DNA from: the human T2T-CHM13v2.0 reference genome, Homo sapiens
Reading direction: 5' to 3' (one strand)
Length of the DNA: 64,000 nt
NCBI RefSeq assembly: GCF_009914755.1
Contig: NC_060928.1
Of this stretch, positions 62,286-64,000 are shown one piece after another. Both the position numbers and the translations under genes were made by a program. The notes under the pieces were generated by a model that was not told the DNA's origin, made no database searches, and saw only the letters and a program-made list of their open reading frames with translations. Each line of letters begins with the position of its first letter. Position 1 is the first letter of the stretch.

Positions 62286-62501
62286 ATGGCGGGCGCCCCT
62301 CCCCCAGCCTCGCTGCCGTCTTGCAGTTTGATCTCAGACTGCTGTGCTAGCAATCAGCGAGATTCCGTGGGCGTAGGACCCTCCGAGCCAGGTGTGGGAT
62401 ATAGTCTCGTGGTGCGCCGTTTTTTAAGCCGGTATGAAAAGCGCAATATTCGGGTGGGAGTGACCCAATTTTCCAGGTGCGTCCATCACCCCTTTCTTTG
62501 A
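62286..62501 (+). CDS. L1 ORF0 (antisense 5'UTR ORF), intact, 71 aa
   Basis: gcaATGG start; MAGAPPPASLPSCSLISDCCASNQRDSVGVGPSEPGVGYSLVVRRFLSRYEKRNIRVGVTQFSRCVHHPFL*. Confidence 0.85.
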   Translation: MAGAPPPASLPSCSLISDCCASNQRDSVGVGPSEPGVGYSLVVRRFLSRYEKRNIRVGVTQFSRCVHHPFL

Positions 62502-62715
62502 CTCGGAAAGGGAACTCCCTGACCCCTTGCACTTCCCAAGTGAGGCAATGCCTCGCCCTGCTTTGGCTCGTGCACGGTGCACGCACCCACTGGCTTGCGC
62601 CCACTGTCTGGCACTCCCTAGTGAGATGAACCCGGTACCTCAGATGTTAATGCAGAAATCACCCCTCTTCTGCGTTGCTCACGCTGGGAGCTGTAGACCG
62701 GAGCTGTTCCTATTC

Positions 62716-62726
62716 GGCCATCTTGG
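62716..62726 (-). promoter_or_regulatory. YY1 site of the L1 internal promoter (also intact at ~7274-7284 and ~23903-23913)
   Basis: CCAAGATGGCC on the L1 sense strand. Confidence 0.8.
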
Positions 62727-62753
62727 CTCCTCCTCCACCACCAGGCCTATCTT

Positions 62754-64000
62754 ACAAAAGCTCCTGAAGGAAGCACTAAATATGGAAAGGAAAAACCAGT
62801 ACCAGCCACTGCAAAAACAAACCAAAATGGAAACACCATCGACACTATGAAGAAACAGCATCAACCGATGGGCAAAATAACCAGCTAGCGTCATAATGAT
62901 GGGATCAAATTCACACATAACAATATTAAACTTAAATGTAAACAGGCTAAATGCCCCAATTGGAAGGCACAGACTGGCAAATTAGATAAAGAGTCAAGAC
63001 CCATCCATGTGCTGTATTCAGGAGACCTATCTCACATGCAAAGACACACATAGTCTCAAAATAAAGGGATACAAGAAGATTTACCAAGCAAATGGGAAGC
63101 AATAAAAAGCAGGGGTTGCAATCTTAGTCTCAGATAAAACAGACTTTAAATCAACAAAGATCAAAAAAGACAAAGAAGGGGATTACATAATGGTAAAGGG
63201 ATCAATGCAACAATAAGAGCTAACTGTCCTAAATATATATGCACCCAATACAGGAACACCCAGATTCATAAAGCAAGTTCTTAGAGACCTACAAAGAGAC
63301 TTAAGACTCCCACACAAAAATAGTAGGAGACTTTAACACACCGCTATCAATATTAGACAGATCGATGAGACAGAAAATTAGCAAGAATATTCAAGACTTG
63401 AACTCAGCTCTGGACAAAGTGGACCTAATAGACATCTACAGAACTCTCCACCCCAATAGAACGACTGCTAGCCAGAATAATAAAGAAGAAAAGAGAGAAG
63501 GATCAAATAGACAGAATAAAAAATGATAAAGGGGACGTCACCACTGATCCCACAAAAATACCAACTACCTTCGGAGAATAATATAAACACCTCTACACAA
63601 ACAAACTAGAAAATCTGGAAGAAATGGATAAATTCCTGGACACATATACCCTCCAAAGACGAAAGCAGGAAGAACAGAATATACATTCTTCTCAGCACCA
63701 CATAGCACTTATTCTAAAATTGACCACATAATTGGAAGTAAGACACTCCTTAGCAAATGCAAAATAACAGAAATCATAAATAAACAGTCTCCCAGACCAC
63801 AATGCAATCAAATTAGAACTCAGAATTAAGAAACTGACTCAAAACTGCACAACTGCATGGAAACTGAACAAACTGCTTCAGAATGGCTACTGGGGTAAAT
63901 AATGAAATTAAGACGGAAATAAATAAGTTCTTTGAAACCAATGAGAACAAAGATACAATGTATAAGAATCTCTGGGACATAGCTAAAGCAGTGTTTAGAG
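62754..64000 (+). mobile_element. L1PA7/8-like element continued (ORF1 end, dead ORF2 start); runs off the window end
   Basis: ORF1 tail QKLLKEALNMERKNQYQPLQKQTKM; ORF2 MMGSNSHITIL with an early TAG; an out-of-order block at ~63455-63674. Confidence 0.9.

Overview
This is primate (human or great ape) non-coding DNA. I recognise no host-gene exon, RNA gene or CRISPR array. About 55-60% of the window (hand tally) is LINE-1, and the recognisable ORFs in the track are L1 or other transposon fragments. The larger L1s are a full-length L1PA4-like element (-), a 5'-truncated L1PA7-like element (+), a full-length L1PB1-like element (+) carrying an AluY, and a full-length L1PA2-like element (-, ORF0 intact) nested in an L1PA7/8-like element. 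There are also short L1PA3/4/5 copies, old L1M pieces, Alus, MIR/L2, MaLR LTRs and Tigger/hAT fossils. Subfamily names come from recalled consensus features and need RepeatMasker confirmation. The main hidden signal is absent from the ORF track. The apparently unique DNA at 1-1099, 7296-7495 and 13765-13897 reads on the minus strand as one decayed BED-finger hAT-Ac (ZBED1/ZBED4-like) transposase, cut into three by L1 insertions. Several repair or retrotransposition scars are also visible: a perfect 123-bp inverted copy, an orphan L1 promoter with scrambled filler, an out-of-order ORF2 block, a twin-primed L1 without a TSD, two candidate 3' transductions and an ancient tandem duplication.
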